This document shows positions 38,331-50,769 of a stretch of DNA of 64,000 bases, piece by piece. Positions within the stretch are counted from its first letter, which is position 1; each line of letters starts with the position of its first letter. The DNA comes from Squalus acanthias. Taxonomy: Eukaryota. The notes beneath the pieces were generated by a model. The model was given only the letters and a program-made list of their open reading frames with translations. It made no database searches and was not told where the DNA came from. A program made the position numbers and the translations under genes. Where the stretch lies: NCBI GenBank assembly GCA_030390025.1, contig CM059447.1, forward strand, positions 19,096,001-19,160,000, in the 5' to 3' direction.

Positions 38331-40108
38331 TATATATAGCACCTCGGGACATCTCAAAGAAATTTCACATCCAATCAATTACTTTTTGAAGTGTCAAATG
38401 GTTGTTAATGTCGGCAAACGTGGCTGCTAACTGCAAGGTCTCACAAACAGGAAATCAGATAAATGAGCTGTGAATCTTTCTAAGCGTCAGGATACTGGGA
38501 GAAACCCCTACTCCTCTTCAAAAAATGCCATGGGATCTTTATGTCCACCTGAGTAGGCAGACAGGGTCTCAGTTTAACATCTCATCTGAAAGATGGCACC
38601 TCCAACAGTGCAGGACTCGCTCGGTACTGCACTGGAATATCAGCCTAGACCAGGGACATGCATTTTTTTGAATCTGAGGGCTGGGTACACGTTAAAGCCA
38701 GTGAGTGGGCTGCTATAGATACAGCAGAAAATTCACACACAGTAACAGTGAGAACACCCACAAAAAAAGTTCCAGCCCCACAAGAAACCCTCAAACACAA
38801 AATTCAAACCACCTGCCTTTCTATTCCATGCTCCCCTCCTCTTCATTACTTCTTTCCTTCTCCCACTCTCTCCACCAAAACACTCAAACTGGGAAGCGTC
38901 AGGCTTTAATCTTCCTCAGTCTGGCGAACGGGCAAAGCACGTTCCCTGATTGGGAGATTTATGACAATCATGGAGCAGGCCTTCCCAGTCTCTCGGCCTG
39001 GGAAGTTTAAATGTTGAAACTGCCTTTGTGCACAAGTGGCCAAAGATGAGAAGAGTCCACAGGGGCTTTGTGGGACAGATGAAAGGAATTCACGGGCTGG
39101 ATTTGGCCTGTGAGCTGCATGTTAGATACCCCTGGCCTAGACTGCATGCTCAAGTCCTGGAGTGGGACTTGAAACAGTTGAGAGTGCTACACTGCTACCA
39201 AATGAGGCAAGCTGTATATTCCATCCCCTAATTAGCTTCTTGCAACCACACTCTCCATATTTGGAAAGCACACAGAAATGGCCCAAATTTGCCATAAAAA
39301 AGTTCAATTTTACATTGTTATGTGATGCCTAGAAGCAGCCACAAAGACTTCCGACATTTAGATTTTCCCTTGTAATTGTTAGAACCAAACTGATCTCATT
39401 GTAAAGTATCAGGGCCATTCAGGGTAGCAATTACATGGTAGCATTTTAAGAAATTGTCTGTTGAATTATTTACAGAGGAAGCACTCTACACCTATTAGAT
39501 TTTCACAGTAATCGGAGGAACATTTTGGAAATGTTTTAATAATGAACAGAGTCAGTTCTTTGTATATGTACCACTTTTACAAATAACTAGTACTGATGTA
39601 GAATGGATTCTATACAATACAATATTTCCCTTAATACAAATTGCTCTGGACAAAAAATTGTATTATAACTTTTGATTTAAAACATTTTAAAAGCAATTTT
39701 TGGCACAGATGCATACAAACCTACAATTTTTTTTACTCAAGGAACTACCCGGTTGGGCAAGCATTTGTCACACTTGAAAAATGTTCATTGGTTTGTGACA
39801 TTTATATTTGAGCCCAATTATGCTTTGAGTTACAGAATAATCAAAACAAAACTACAGCATAGAGACCATTCCATCTGTTGTGCCTATGCTAGCTCTTCAA
39901 TTGGAGCTGTTTACTGTGATATTAGTTTCCACTTATCTAATTCCATTTTAAATGATGTTAGTCTCTCCCTCAATAGTGACTTCTGATAAAAAGCTTTCCA
40001 TGTTCTAATAAGCTTGTGTTAAAAACTGTATTCTAATTTCTTTTAATAAAAACAGAAAATGCTGGAAATACTCAGCAGGTCAGGCAGCATCTATGGAGAG
40101 AGAAACAG

Positions 40109-40145
40109 AGTTAACGTTTCAGGTCGATGACCCTTCGTCAGAACT
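40109..40145 (-). ncRNA. Minimal hammerhead ribozyme motif (inverted pLTR copy)
   Basis: Exact reverse complement of 41694-41730. Confidence 0.75.
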
Positions 40146-40500
40146 GGAAAAAGCTGGAGATGGAACAGGTTTTTAAGCAAGTGCAGGGGCAGGGAAAGGG
40201 GGGAGGGGAGGAAAGAACAAAAGGGAAGGTCTGTGATAGGATGGAAGGCAGGAGAAATTAAGAGAGATTAAGAGATGGTGCAAGGCAAAAGGAGATGGTA
40301 ATGGGACAAGTTAAGAAACAAAAGATGGCTCTAGATGAAGTGTAAATGGCACTGGCACAACTAGAACTCCTCGCCCTGAACTAGAAAATTTCATTCACTT
40401 TGCTTCCAATTTCCACCCTTCCCTCACCTTCACATGGTCCATCTCCGACTCTTCCCTTCCCTTCCTCGACTTCTCTGTCTCCATCTCTGGGGATAGGCTA

Positions 40501-41400
40501 TTGACAAACATTCACTACAAGCCCACTGACTCCCACAGCTACCTGGACTACACTTCCTCCCACCCTGCTTCCTGTAAGAACTCTATTCCATTCTCCCAGT
40601 TTCTCCGTCGCATCTGCTCTGACGATGCCACCTTCCATACTAGTGCTTCCGACATGTCTTCCTTTTTCCTCAACCGAGGATTCCCCTCTACTGTGGTTGA
40701 CACGGCCCTTGACCATGTCCGTTCTATATCCTGCACCTCTGCTCTAACCCCTTCCCCTCCCTCCCAGAACCACAATAGGGTTCCCCTTGTCCTCACCTTT
40801 CACCCCACCAGCCTCCACATTCAACGGATCATCCTCCGCCATTTCCGCCACCTCCAGCGTGATCCCACCACCAAACACATCTTCCCCTCACCTCCCCTTT
40901 CAGCATTCCGAAGGGACCGCTCCCTCCGCGACACCCTGGTTGACTCCTCCATCACCCCCAACACCCCTTCCCCTTCGCCCAGCACCTTCCCGTGCAAGCA
41001 CAGAAGATGCAACACATGCCCTTTTACCTCCACCCTTCCCACTGTCCAGGGCCCCAAACACTACTTCCAGGTGAAACAGCGATTTACTTGTACTTCTTGC
41101 AATTTACTATACTGTATTTGCTGCTCACGATGCGGTCTCCTCTACACTGGGGAGACCAAACGCAGATTGGGTGACCGCTTTGAGGAACACCTCCGTTCAG
41201 TCCGTAAGGGTGACCCCGAGCTTCCGGTCGCCTATCACTTTAATTCTCCGCTCCACTCCCACTCAGACCTCACCGTCCTCGGCCTCTTACACTGTTCCAA
41301 TGAAGCTCAACGTAAGCTCGAGGAACAGCACCTCATCTTTCGATTCGGCACTTTACAGCCGTCTGGACTCAACATAGATTTCAACAATTTCAGACCATAA
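40501..41400 (+). CDS. Penelope-like RT thumb plus GIY-YIG endonuclease (truncated, probably non-functional)
   Basis: YKPT..YL...S.HP, C...RC.TC, LYCICCSRCGLLYTGETKRRLGDRFEEH, LQPSGLN motifs; the frame extends upstream through LPFLD, but most of the RT is missing. Confidence 0.85.
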   Translation: MTNIHYKPTDSHSYLDYTSSHPASCKNSIPFSQFLRRICSDDATFHTSASDMSSFFLNRGFPSTVVDTALDHVRSISCTSALTPSPPSQNHNRVPLVLTFHPTSLHIQRIILRHFRHLQRDPTTKHIFPSPPLSAFRRDRSLRDTLVDSSITPNTPSPSPSTFPCKHRRCNTCPFTSTLPTVQGPKHYFQVKQRFTCTSCNLLYCICCSRCGLLYTGETKRRLGDRFEEHLRSVRKGDPELPVAYHFNSPLHSHSDLTVLGLLHCSNEAQRKLEEQHLIFRFGTLQPSGLNIDFNNFRP

Positions 41401-41693
41401 CCTCGGCCCCTATCATTTTTTTTCCATTTATTTTATTTATTATATTTCTTTTTTTCTCTTTCCCACATGTCAGCTGTCTTTCATTCTGCCAGTGCCATTT
41501 ACACTTCATCTAGAGCCATCTTTTGTTTCTTAACTTGTCCCATTACCATCTCCTTTTGCTTTGCACCATCTCTTAATCTCTCTTAATCTCTCCTGCCTTC
41601 CATCCTATCACATACCTTCCCTTTTGTTCTTTCCTCCCCACTTTCCCTGCCCCTGCACTTGCTTAAAAACCTGTTCCATCTCCAGCTTTTTCC

Positions 41694-41730
41694 AGTTCTG
41701 ACGAAGGGTCATCGACCTGAAACGTTAACT
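41694..41730 (+). ncRNA. Minimal hammerhead ribozyme motif in pLTR
   Basis: agtt-CTGACGA-agggtc-atc-gacct-GAAA-cgtt-aact: conserved core, helix II, palindromic helix III region (aacgtt), 4-bp helix I. Confidence 0.75.
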
Positions 41731-42287
41731 CTGTTTCTCTCTCCACAGATGCTGCCTGACCTGCTGAGTATTTCCAACATTTTCTGTTTTTATTTCAGAT
41801 TTCCAGCATCCGCGGTATTTTGTTTTTGTTCTAATTTCCTTTGTTCTTGTGGTGATAATACTGCATCTACGGTCCCTTACTTATTTGTCAACTAATGGAA
41901 ACCATTCATTTACCCTGTTGTAACTTTTCAAGTCTCTTAGCTTCCCCCTTAACTATGTTCAGGGGGGAAAAAAACTTGGGTTTTATATTGTACATTTATG
42001 CTTTGTCTAAAATAATCAAACTGTATAACCAAATAGACTTACTAAACAGTTTGGGCATAGAGCTTTCTATTGTACTCTGGTTATCTGTTAAGATTTTGTT
42101 CATGCAAGAAGTGAAACCGAAAGCTGTCAAAAGTACCAGCAAAGTATCAGCCAATCAAGAAGGTGGGTGAACGTTCAGTTTTGAAAACTTTCAGCAACAT
42201 AGATGCCTTTCCCTCCCATTTTTCCTTGTTCTCTCTCCTTTTCTCTATCCCTCCCTCTTTCCCTTCCAGTGGGGGCATTCCCCTGTT

Positions 42288-42719
42288 TGAGTCCAAAGGT
42301 TGTGGGTTCACAGTCCCACTCTAGAGACTTGAGCACAAAATCTAGGCTGACACTCCAGTGCAGTGCTGAGGGAGTGCCGCACTGTCAGAGGTGCCGTCTT
42401 TCAGATGAGACGTTAAACCGAGAACCCCGTCTGCTCTCTCAGGTGGATGTAAAAGATCCCACGGCACTATTTCAAAGAAGAGCAGGGGAGTTATCCCCGG
42501 TGTCCTGGCCACTATTTATCCCTCAATCAACATCACTAAAAAAACAGATAATCTGTCCATTATCACATTGCTGTTTGTGGGAGCTTGCTGTGCGCAAATT
42601 GACTTGCATTTCCTACATTACAACAGTGACTACACTCCAAAAAGTGCTTCATTGGCTGTAAAGCGCTTTGGGACGTCCCGAGGTTGTGGAAGTCGCTATA
42701 GAAATGCAAGACTTTCTTT
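42288..42719 (+). mobile_element. DeuSINE (SacSINE1-like), head truncated
   Basis: Collinear with 47505-47975. Confidence 0.85.
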
Positions 42720-42883
42720 ACCTCTCTTCCCCTCCCTCCTCAACCTTCTCTCTCCTTTACGCTGCTTTTCCTTCCGCCTCTTGCCCTTTTATTACTTTGC
42801 TCCTTTCCTTTCTGCCCTCATTTCTCCTCTCTTGCTTTCTCCCTGGCCCTCCTCTCTTTTCTTTCCATGCGATTCTTACTCAC

Positions 42884-43000
42884 CTGCTCTTGACTTCGTG
42901 TCCGCTCCTGAAATCCGACCGCCGGCCGGTCCTTCCCCTTCTCCGCTCCGAGTGGAAACCAAACCCCATCATCGCATTCAGTCCGGCGGCGCGGCGCAGC
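42884..43000 (-). other. DUS1L: Putative non-coding first exon of DUS1L (5' boundary uncertain)
   Basis: Consensus donor CAG|gtgagt at 42884/42883 at the edge of the CpG patch; the first coding exon has an acceptor 10 nt before its ATG, so an upstream exon is implied. Confidence 0.7.
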
Positions 43001-43100
43001 ACCACCCCTGGCCGCGCACGGCATTACACCGGCTGAGCTGGGGGCAGCCGCTGTGTTTTCTTTGAACTGCTTGCGCAAGCATTATTCACGCCATAAAAAG
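42890..43100 (-). promoter_or_regulatory. CpG-rich patch, putative DUS1L promoter/TSS region
   Basis: Non-repeat CpG-dense stretch directly upstream of a consensus donor; contains 12-bp palindrome GCTTGCGCAAGC (43069-43080, C/EBP-type core). Confidence 0.65.
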
Positions 43101-43364
43101 GCTGTTCATTTATCAAGTTGGGACTTGAATTCTCTCCAGACTTTTTGCAATATTTAGTGTAGAAATTGTGGATCACTGTTAAAATAGTAAAATGTTAGTA
43201 ACCCAGGAGAAGCAGCGAGTTATATTAACAGAATAGTTTCAACAAGTTTATATTTTAGTGTTGGCATTATCATGTTTATAAATATGGGAGGATATTAAGC
43301 CACAATGAGTGATGCAGGTAGATATGCACCTGTAATGTTTTCCATAATTTAAAAACTAGCACAC

Positions 43365-43825
43365 GAAAGAAAGACTTGCATTTATATAGCGTCTTTCACG
43401 ACCACCGGACGTCTCAAAGTGCTTTACAGCCAATGAAGTACTTTTGGAGTGTAGTCACTGTTGTAATGTAGGAATTGCGGCAGCCAATTTGCGCACAGCA
43501 AGCTCCCACAAAGACCAAAGTGATAATGACCAGATAATCTGTTTTTGTTATGTTGATTGAGGGATAAATATTGGCCAGGACACCGAGGATAACTCCCCTG
43601 CTCTTCTTCAAAATAGTGCCATGGGATCTTTTATGTCCACCTGAGAGAGCAGATAGGACCTCAGTTTAATGTCTCATCTGAAAGACGGCACCTCCAACAG
43701 TGCAGCACTCCCTCAGCACTGCACTGGAGTGTCAGCCTAGATTTTTGTGCTCAGGTCCCTGGAGTGGGTCTTGAACCCACAACCTTCTGACTCAAGAGTG
43801 CTACCCACTGAGCCACAGCTGACAC
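43365..43825 (-). mobile_element. DeuSINE (SacSINE1-like), full length
   Basis: Reverse complement collinear with 47505-47975. Confidence 0.85.
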
Positions 43826-44097
43826 ACAAATTGTGAAAGTCCACACTGTATCAATTTTAATACATCGTTCAGGTGCCGGGGCAACTGCCCCTGATGAAGG
43901 GATAAATAGCTATCAGTATATATGACCACTTGTACGGTATGAATTATATACTCCCTAACCTGATTCTTCATAAATAAAGCTTATGGAATAAATATTGTAT
44001 TATAATTTCCTGCTATGTAATGTGTTTATAGTGGATGTTTGGTAAATAATTAGAAAAAAGGTAGATATAAATATTTTAACAAAATATTGATGGGTGC

Positions 44098-44540
44098 AAA
44101 AAGAAGGCTGAGGGGTGACCTAATAGAGGTCTTTAAAATTATGAAAGGTTTTGATGTAGTGGATACAGAGAGAATGTTTCCACTTGTGGGGAAGAGCATA
44201 ACTAGAGGCCATCAATATAAGATAGTCACCAAGAAATCCAATAGGGAATTAAGAAGAAACTTCTTTACCCAAAGAGTGGTGAGAATGTGGAACTCGCTAC
44301 CACAGGGAATGGTTGAAGCGAATAGTATAGATGCATTTAAGGGGAGGCTGGACAAGCAGATGAGGGAGAAGGGAATAGAGGGTTATGCTGATAGATTTAG
44401 ATGAGGCAAGACAGAGGAGGCTCGAGTGGAGCATAAACGCCGGCATAGACTGGTTGGGCCGAATGGCCTGTTTCTGTGCCGTATATCCTATGTAATTCTA
44501 TATAATCCTATGCAATCCTATGTAATCCTATGCAATGTAA
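44098..44540 (+). mobile_element. CR1 LINE 3' fragment with 10-bp tandem tail
   Basis: RRLRGDLIEVFKIM...[14 protein letters not shown]; tail of repeated aatcctatgy-like units. Confidence 0.88.
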
Positions 44541-45324
44541 TGTTTTCCTCAGGGTTGTCCCCATTATATCTTCAACATTGCATCAATGTGGTAGGATGTT
44601 TTATCTACCCTAACCCATTACAAAAACTATATCCATTTAATGGTTAAAGGGGAAAAGAGCAGGAGAGTGGGACTAACTGGATTGATCTTCGAAAGAGCTG
44701 GCGCAGACTTGATGGGCCGAATGGCTGCCTTCTGTGCTGTACTATTCTAGGATTCTAGGATGCAGTGGCCACTTGTCATCTCTTTCCTCATTTGGTTAAA
44801 TGTCTTTCTTGATTGAATAAGTCTGTTTGTCTCCTTTCTAATTGTTTTTTCTTTTCTTTAATCAAGTACAGTATATTCCACAAACCCTTTTTCACCAAAA
44901 TTTTCTCTCCAATTATTGCGTGGTGAGGGGAGAGAGAAACTTCTGTAGGCTACAGCTGCCAAGATACTCCTCTCATTCAGACTGAAACGTTTGAAACTAC
45001 AAACTAGTGAATTCTGAGTTGAGTGGATTGCCGTGTGCTCCTAGGAATAAAATGGCAGAGAGATTACTGCACGAACCTGAAACTTCGTTTACAGCACCCT
45101 GATGTACAGATGCCTGGCCCTTCTTAACCTCTGAATGCAAATGGAGGATCACTAACTGCTGCTACACCTGCCTCTTCCTTTCTACCTACCCTAACTGCTC
45201 CACTGGCACCGCTGCTCCCTCCCTTGAAGGCATGGTCAAGGGTTCCAGCTCCGCACCCTCCTCCAGCCTCAAGACATGACTCCTTTCCACTTCAGACCAA
45301 AGGTTGTGGGTGATGGACAGACCA

Positions 45325-45970
45325 GAAACTTAACTGGACCAGCCACATAAATAATGTGGCAACAAGAGCAGGTCAGAGGCTAGGTATTCTGTGGCGAGTG
45401 TCTCACCTCCTGACTCTCCAAAGCCTTTCTACCATCTACAAGGCACAAGTAAGGAGTGTGATGGAATACTCTCCACTTGCCTGGATGAGTGCAGCTCCAA
45501 CAACACTCAAGAAGCTCGACACCATCCAGGACAAAGCAGCCTGCTTGATTGGCACCCCATCCACCACCTTAAACATTCACTCCCTCCACCACCGGCGTAC
45601 CGTGGCTGCAGTGTGTACCATCTATAAGATGCACTGCAGCAACTCGCCAAGGCTTCTTCGGCAGCACCTCCCAAACCCGCGACCTCTTCCACCTAGAAGG
45701 ACAAGGGCAGCAGGCGCATGGGAACACCACCACCTCCAAGTCACACATCATCCTGACTTAGAAGTAAATCGCTGATCCTTCATCGTCGCTAGGTCAAAAT
45801 CCTGGAACTCCCTCCCTAACAGCACTGTGGGAGTACCTTCACCACACGGACTGCAGCGGTTCAAGAAGGCGGCTCACCACCACCTTCTCAAGGGCAATTA
45901 GGGATGGGCAATAAATGCTGGCCTTGCCAGCGACGCCCACATCCCATAAAAATGAATAAAAAATAAAAAA
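45325..45970 (+). mobile_element. CR1/L2-group LINE 3' fragment (second family)
   Basis: ORF 45356-45775 IYKAQVRSVMEYSPLAW...LDTIQDKAA; A-rich tail. Confidence 0.85.
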
Positions 45971-47504
45971 TAAAAGTGGTCCCATGGCCCTGCCAAACAC
46001 AAACTGTACTTCTTCCTCAGCACACAAGAAACACTGTAAATGATCCACTGCTTACAAATTACAGTAGTACATGACTACAGTCATCTTCTACTTGGCTTAT
46101 AAATTCTAGTCGTACCTGACTATAGTCATCTTCTACTCTGTAAGAGATTTTACATAGAATGACTGGAATGGTTGTTGGAATGGGTATGTTGCAAACCTGC
46201 TAGAATGGCGGGATCATATTATTCAAAACTCAAGACTGAAGTTTTATTGGTTTGTGAATATCATTTGAACTGCTTACTAATAGTAAGAAATAAAAGATAT
46301 GCAACGTGCTCAGTGAAAAATCCGCAAATTTCAAGCTTAGATCAGATTCACTATTGTTCCACAAACTTTGACACAACCGGTAGTACTCCCATGTCTCAAA
46401 AGGGTGTGGGTTTAATTCCCATTCAAGGACTTGAATGCAAAATCTAAGTTGACAACTTCAGTCCAGGATTGAAGGAATAAGGCATTGTTAAATTACTGTC
46501 CTTAAGATGTGATATTAAATATTGTCTGCCAGTTTCAGTGGACATTAAAGATCCGAGGGTATAATTTGAGGAACAGCAGAGAGATCTCCTAGTATACTGG
46601 CCAACACTCTTCCTCAACCAATATCACCAAAACTCAATTTGTTTGTCACTCATCCAAATATGCTGAGTATTTTTGCTTCAATATATTATTTGGCTGTAAA
46701 AACTATTGTTTTAGATCTAGTTTAGCATGCAAGCCAGCCAGCCAGCCAGCCAATAAACTGAAGACATAGCAGAAACCCTATGTAAATTCTGGTGTGAAAT
46801 TTATTGTATTCAGGGTTCATTGTTGGACATGGCCTATTTTTATCACTACAAGGCATAAAGTGAAAGATACACATTTCAGACTGTAAGTGATGCAGGCCAC
46901 TTATGGAAACTACCATTAAGCTGTTTCATGATAAAAAATCTTCAAAAAGTCCAAACCGTAACACAAATCATAGAGGTAATTCCTAACATTTCCCTCAGCA
47001 TTGACAGCTCAATATACAACTGCAGTAGAAAATATAATAAAAACTATCAGTTTTGTTTCTATAATTACAAATAGAATTCCAACTATTTTTAGTCAGCCAG
47101 GTCAATACGGGGTGATGAGATCTGAAGCTGGAGATGAGTAAATGGGGGCCATTATGTACAATGAGGCCCAGCTGGCTTTTGATTGTGCCTGGAGATTGTG
47201 CAATTGTTTCACCTGGTGGAAAATATAGTTTACCCAATATACCTTGTTTTCAGCATGGATTTTAGTTAGTTGTACTATGTGGTGCCAAAGTTACCCCAGT
47301 GCTGGCGAGCATGAAAATTAGCTAAAAGCTCGTCAAAATTCACTCACTTCTCTTTGAGGTGGAATTGTGCATTGGACTGAAGTGTTGCTAGTAGAATGTG
47401 AAGCATAAAATTACACCATGATTTCTTCTAAGATTAGTTCTCTGCGTTACAAGTGTTCCTGGAACAGACCGAAGACAATTTCTTGCAGCCAGAGTGTCTC
47501 CCGT

Positions 47505-47975
47505 GCTGTCAGCCGTGGCTCAGTGGGTAGCACTTTCACCTCGGAGTCGGAAGGTTGTGGGTTCTAAGTCCCACTCCAGAGATTTGAGCACAAAAAATCT
47601 AGGCTGACACTCCAGGGCAGTGATGAGGGAGTGCTGCACTGTCGGAGGTGCCGTCTTTCAAATGAGACGTTTAACTGAGGCCGCCTCTGTTCTCTCAGGT
47701 GGACGTAAAAGATCCCATGGAACTGTTTCAAAGAAGAGCAGGGGAGTTATCCCTGGTGTCCTGGCCAATACTTATTCCTCAACATCACTGAAACAGATTA
47801 TCTGGTTATTATCACATTGCTGTTTGTGGGAGCTTGCTGTGTGCAAATTGGCTGCTGCAGTTCCTACGTTACAACAGTGACTGTAACTTCAAGAAAAAAG
47901 TACTCCATTGGCTGTAAAGCGCTTTGGGAAGTCTGGTGGTCGTGAAAGGCGCTATATAAATGCAAGTCTTTCTTT
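47505..47975 (+). mobile_element. DeuSINE (SacSINE1-like), full length
   Basis: A-box tggctcagtgg and B-box-like gggttctaagtcc head, Deu-like core, tail ggcgctatataaatgcaagtctttc. Confidence 0.85.
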
Positions 47976-49957
47976 CCTTGCTGTCTCAATGATATAATCC
48001 TCTTGGTCAGGCAGATTTCACGCATTGTTTCTTTTTGATAAACCTGTCTCTGGGACAAGATTTCCTCGATGGACAAGTTGTGCAAATTCAAATATGCTAT
48101 GAAGAATAGGTTTATGATTCTGAGTGCAAGAAGGATTTCTTACCCCCCCTTGCTGTGAAGCCTAGATTCAGTTTTAACCTATTTTTTAAGCTTCTGTAGC
48201 CTGTGACAACCTGTCAGGTAGTTTCAATTGCTCTTTTCCTTGAAAATACTGAATGCAACCTTGCCAAGCTTTTTGACACTGATAAGAGCTGCAATTGTTA
48301 GTAGTTTACAAGGATGAAATGGTTGAAAGGCTCTATTACAATATACCCTCAGTCAAAATCTCCAAGGAATTTCACTCGATCTTGTTTAACTGATTGTATC
48401 ATGTGAGGGTAATAAATGCTCAGGGTTAGGCTACAATGCAGTTAAGATGACATTACAACTTATAAAAGGGCTATTCAAGAAGTTTGTCATCGCGGTTCAG
48501 ATGTGGTACTGCTCAGAAAACAGTCCCAACACATTTAAATCTCATCAGAGGAAGAAACTTAGAAACACTGGATAAAACCGGTAACAAATCAGAATCAAGA
48601 GTATACCACTTAATTTAAATTGAAAGTGATTTGAAGTTTTATTTGATGTTTAATGCTACAAATTGCAATGCCTTGGATAGAATAATACAAATTATAACTA
48701 CAATTTGTCTTGTATGATCGTAAACTACAGTGGTCAGGTTAGCTGGGATAGAGCAGCAGATAGCAATTCAGCTTCAGTTAGTCAAATTTAATTACATTCT
48801 GGTGAGAAATGGCACAATTACTGCATTGTCAAAAAATTGACAGAAGCCTAGTAATCCTTTCAAATATCTAATTAACTGAAATTACTCCTAAAAAGTCAAC
48901 CTTTAATTATTGTTCTGTTCTATAAAAATGAATTTTAAACCAGAGATTGATTTTTATTAAAACATAAAATACAGGCCATGAATATGGCCCAGAGTAGCTG
49001 TTTTACAAAACCAAGGAAAATATGGTAAGTCACAAAATACATGAAATAAATTCAATGACATACGTTTACTAATGACACTTCAAACAGCAGGATCGGCCCA
49101 CTTACATGAATGTGTGAATGTCCGTTCCTCCACAGAAAATGAATTGGTGCATTATCTCAAAAAAATGATCTTTATGTAGTACCTCTTTATGTTCGACTTA
49201 TTCGGACTGATCATTTCAGCAATTTAATGGGAGTTCCACAGGGGGAAAAAGTGACACATGCAGTACACACACTTTTACAAAATGCAGAATCGTGAATTGA
49301 CCGTGTAAAATGCTCACACCATTAGGTCCCTTGTTTTGAATTAGAGATCCCCTTGTGTGACTTTGTTTTTGCAAAGGAGGTTCTGCTGAATCTGTGAATT
49401 ATTCAGAGAGTGCACCAGAAGCATCTACTAACTATCTGAGTTGGGGAGGGGAGAGAAATAATTGACGTGCATTGACGTTTTCTGCTACCTCCATGTAAAT
49501 AGGCCATGGTTTCTGCTCTGTGCAGGTCGTATTTTACAATTATGACTAGGTGTCATCAGTTGTTTTAGTCAAATATTTAGGCCAGCGTACCCCCCCGCCC
49601 CCCCAAACTTCCTGCTCCCCAAAATTCCCCTCTGGCCTACAACGCCAGCAGAGCCCGAGTTATGAGATTTGCTACAACTGCCATTTGCTGGCAGGCAGTG
49701 TGATTGGAATGGCATGAGGATAATGATGCCAGCTTCTCATTCACCACACTGGACATGCTCATTTACGGGTGTTGTTCCAGCCAGCAGCTTCATCCAATTG
49801 CGACAGGCGAGTCGGACTGACGATGAGATTCTGGGACTCAAAACTCAGGATCTTCCGATTCGGAGCCAGGCACTTAACAACTGATCATTCCAGGCGGAAC
49901 TGGTTAGTACCCTTTTTGCAATGCCAAACTTAATACTAAAAATAACAAGACTTGACC

Positions 49958-49963
49958 TTTATT
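49958..49963 (-). terminator. Candidate FASN polyadenylation signal (AATAAA)
   Basis: AATAAA on minus ~400 nt after the stop, followed by GT/T-rich sequence; alternatives at 48953-48958 and 48638-48643. Confidence 0.4.
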
Positions 49964-50368
49964 TAATTCCACACACAAAAACACAAATAGTTTACAGTTT
50001 GGGAGAAAAATTATAAACATTACTTTCATGGACAAAAAAAAAGGAATGGATCATGCTATTGGTAGGTTCCACATTACATTGTTGTTTTACAAGCTATTCA
50101 ACTGGACAAATTAAAAACTGCAGCATCATCAGTTTCTATTTCCTCATAGACAATGCATGTCTCAGAAATAGGTCAGTCAGTTTTTTCTGTTTGCCCTTTT
50201 AACAGTTTCTCTATTAAGCACTATATTTACTGCTTTGCACTACAACTAAGCCACACAAAATTACAGTTCTTGCAACAAATTCAGTGTGAGAAAAGACTCG
50301 ACAGCTGTACAATCTATTGCACGCGCCAGGAACCATGGTTTGATTGGTCAACATGTAAATCTTCTGCT

Positions 50369-50769
<401 letters not shown>

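Larger units (their letters stand above)
40045..41828 (+). mobile_element. 5'-truncated Penelope-like retroelement with inverted pLTR
   Basis: 40045-40357 is the reverse complement of 41487-41794; flanked by a 14-bp near-duplicate ttctaatttc(t/c)ttt (40031-40044, 41829-41842). Confidence 0.92.

Noticed and set aside
46063-46137. CRISPR-like palindromic repeat-spacer-repeat
   Set aside because: Only two units, 15-bp spacer, eukaryotic context, no cas genes.
47505-47580. tRNA gene
   Set aside because: A/B boxes are the head of a multi-copy SINE; no complete cloverleaf or poly-T terminator.
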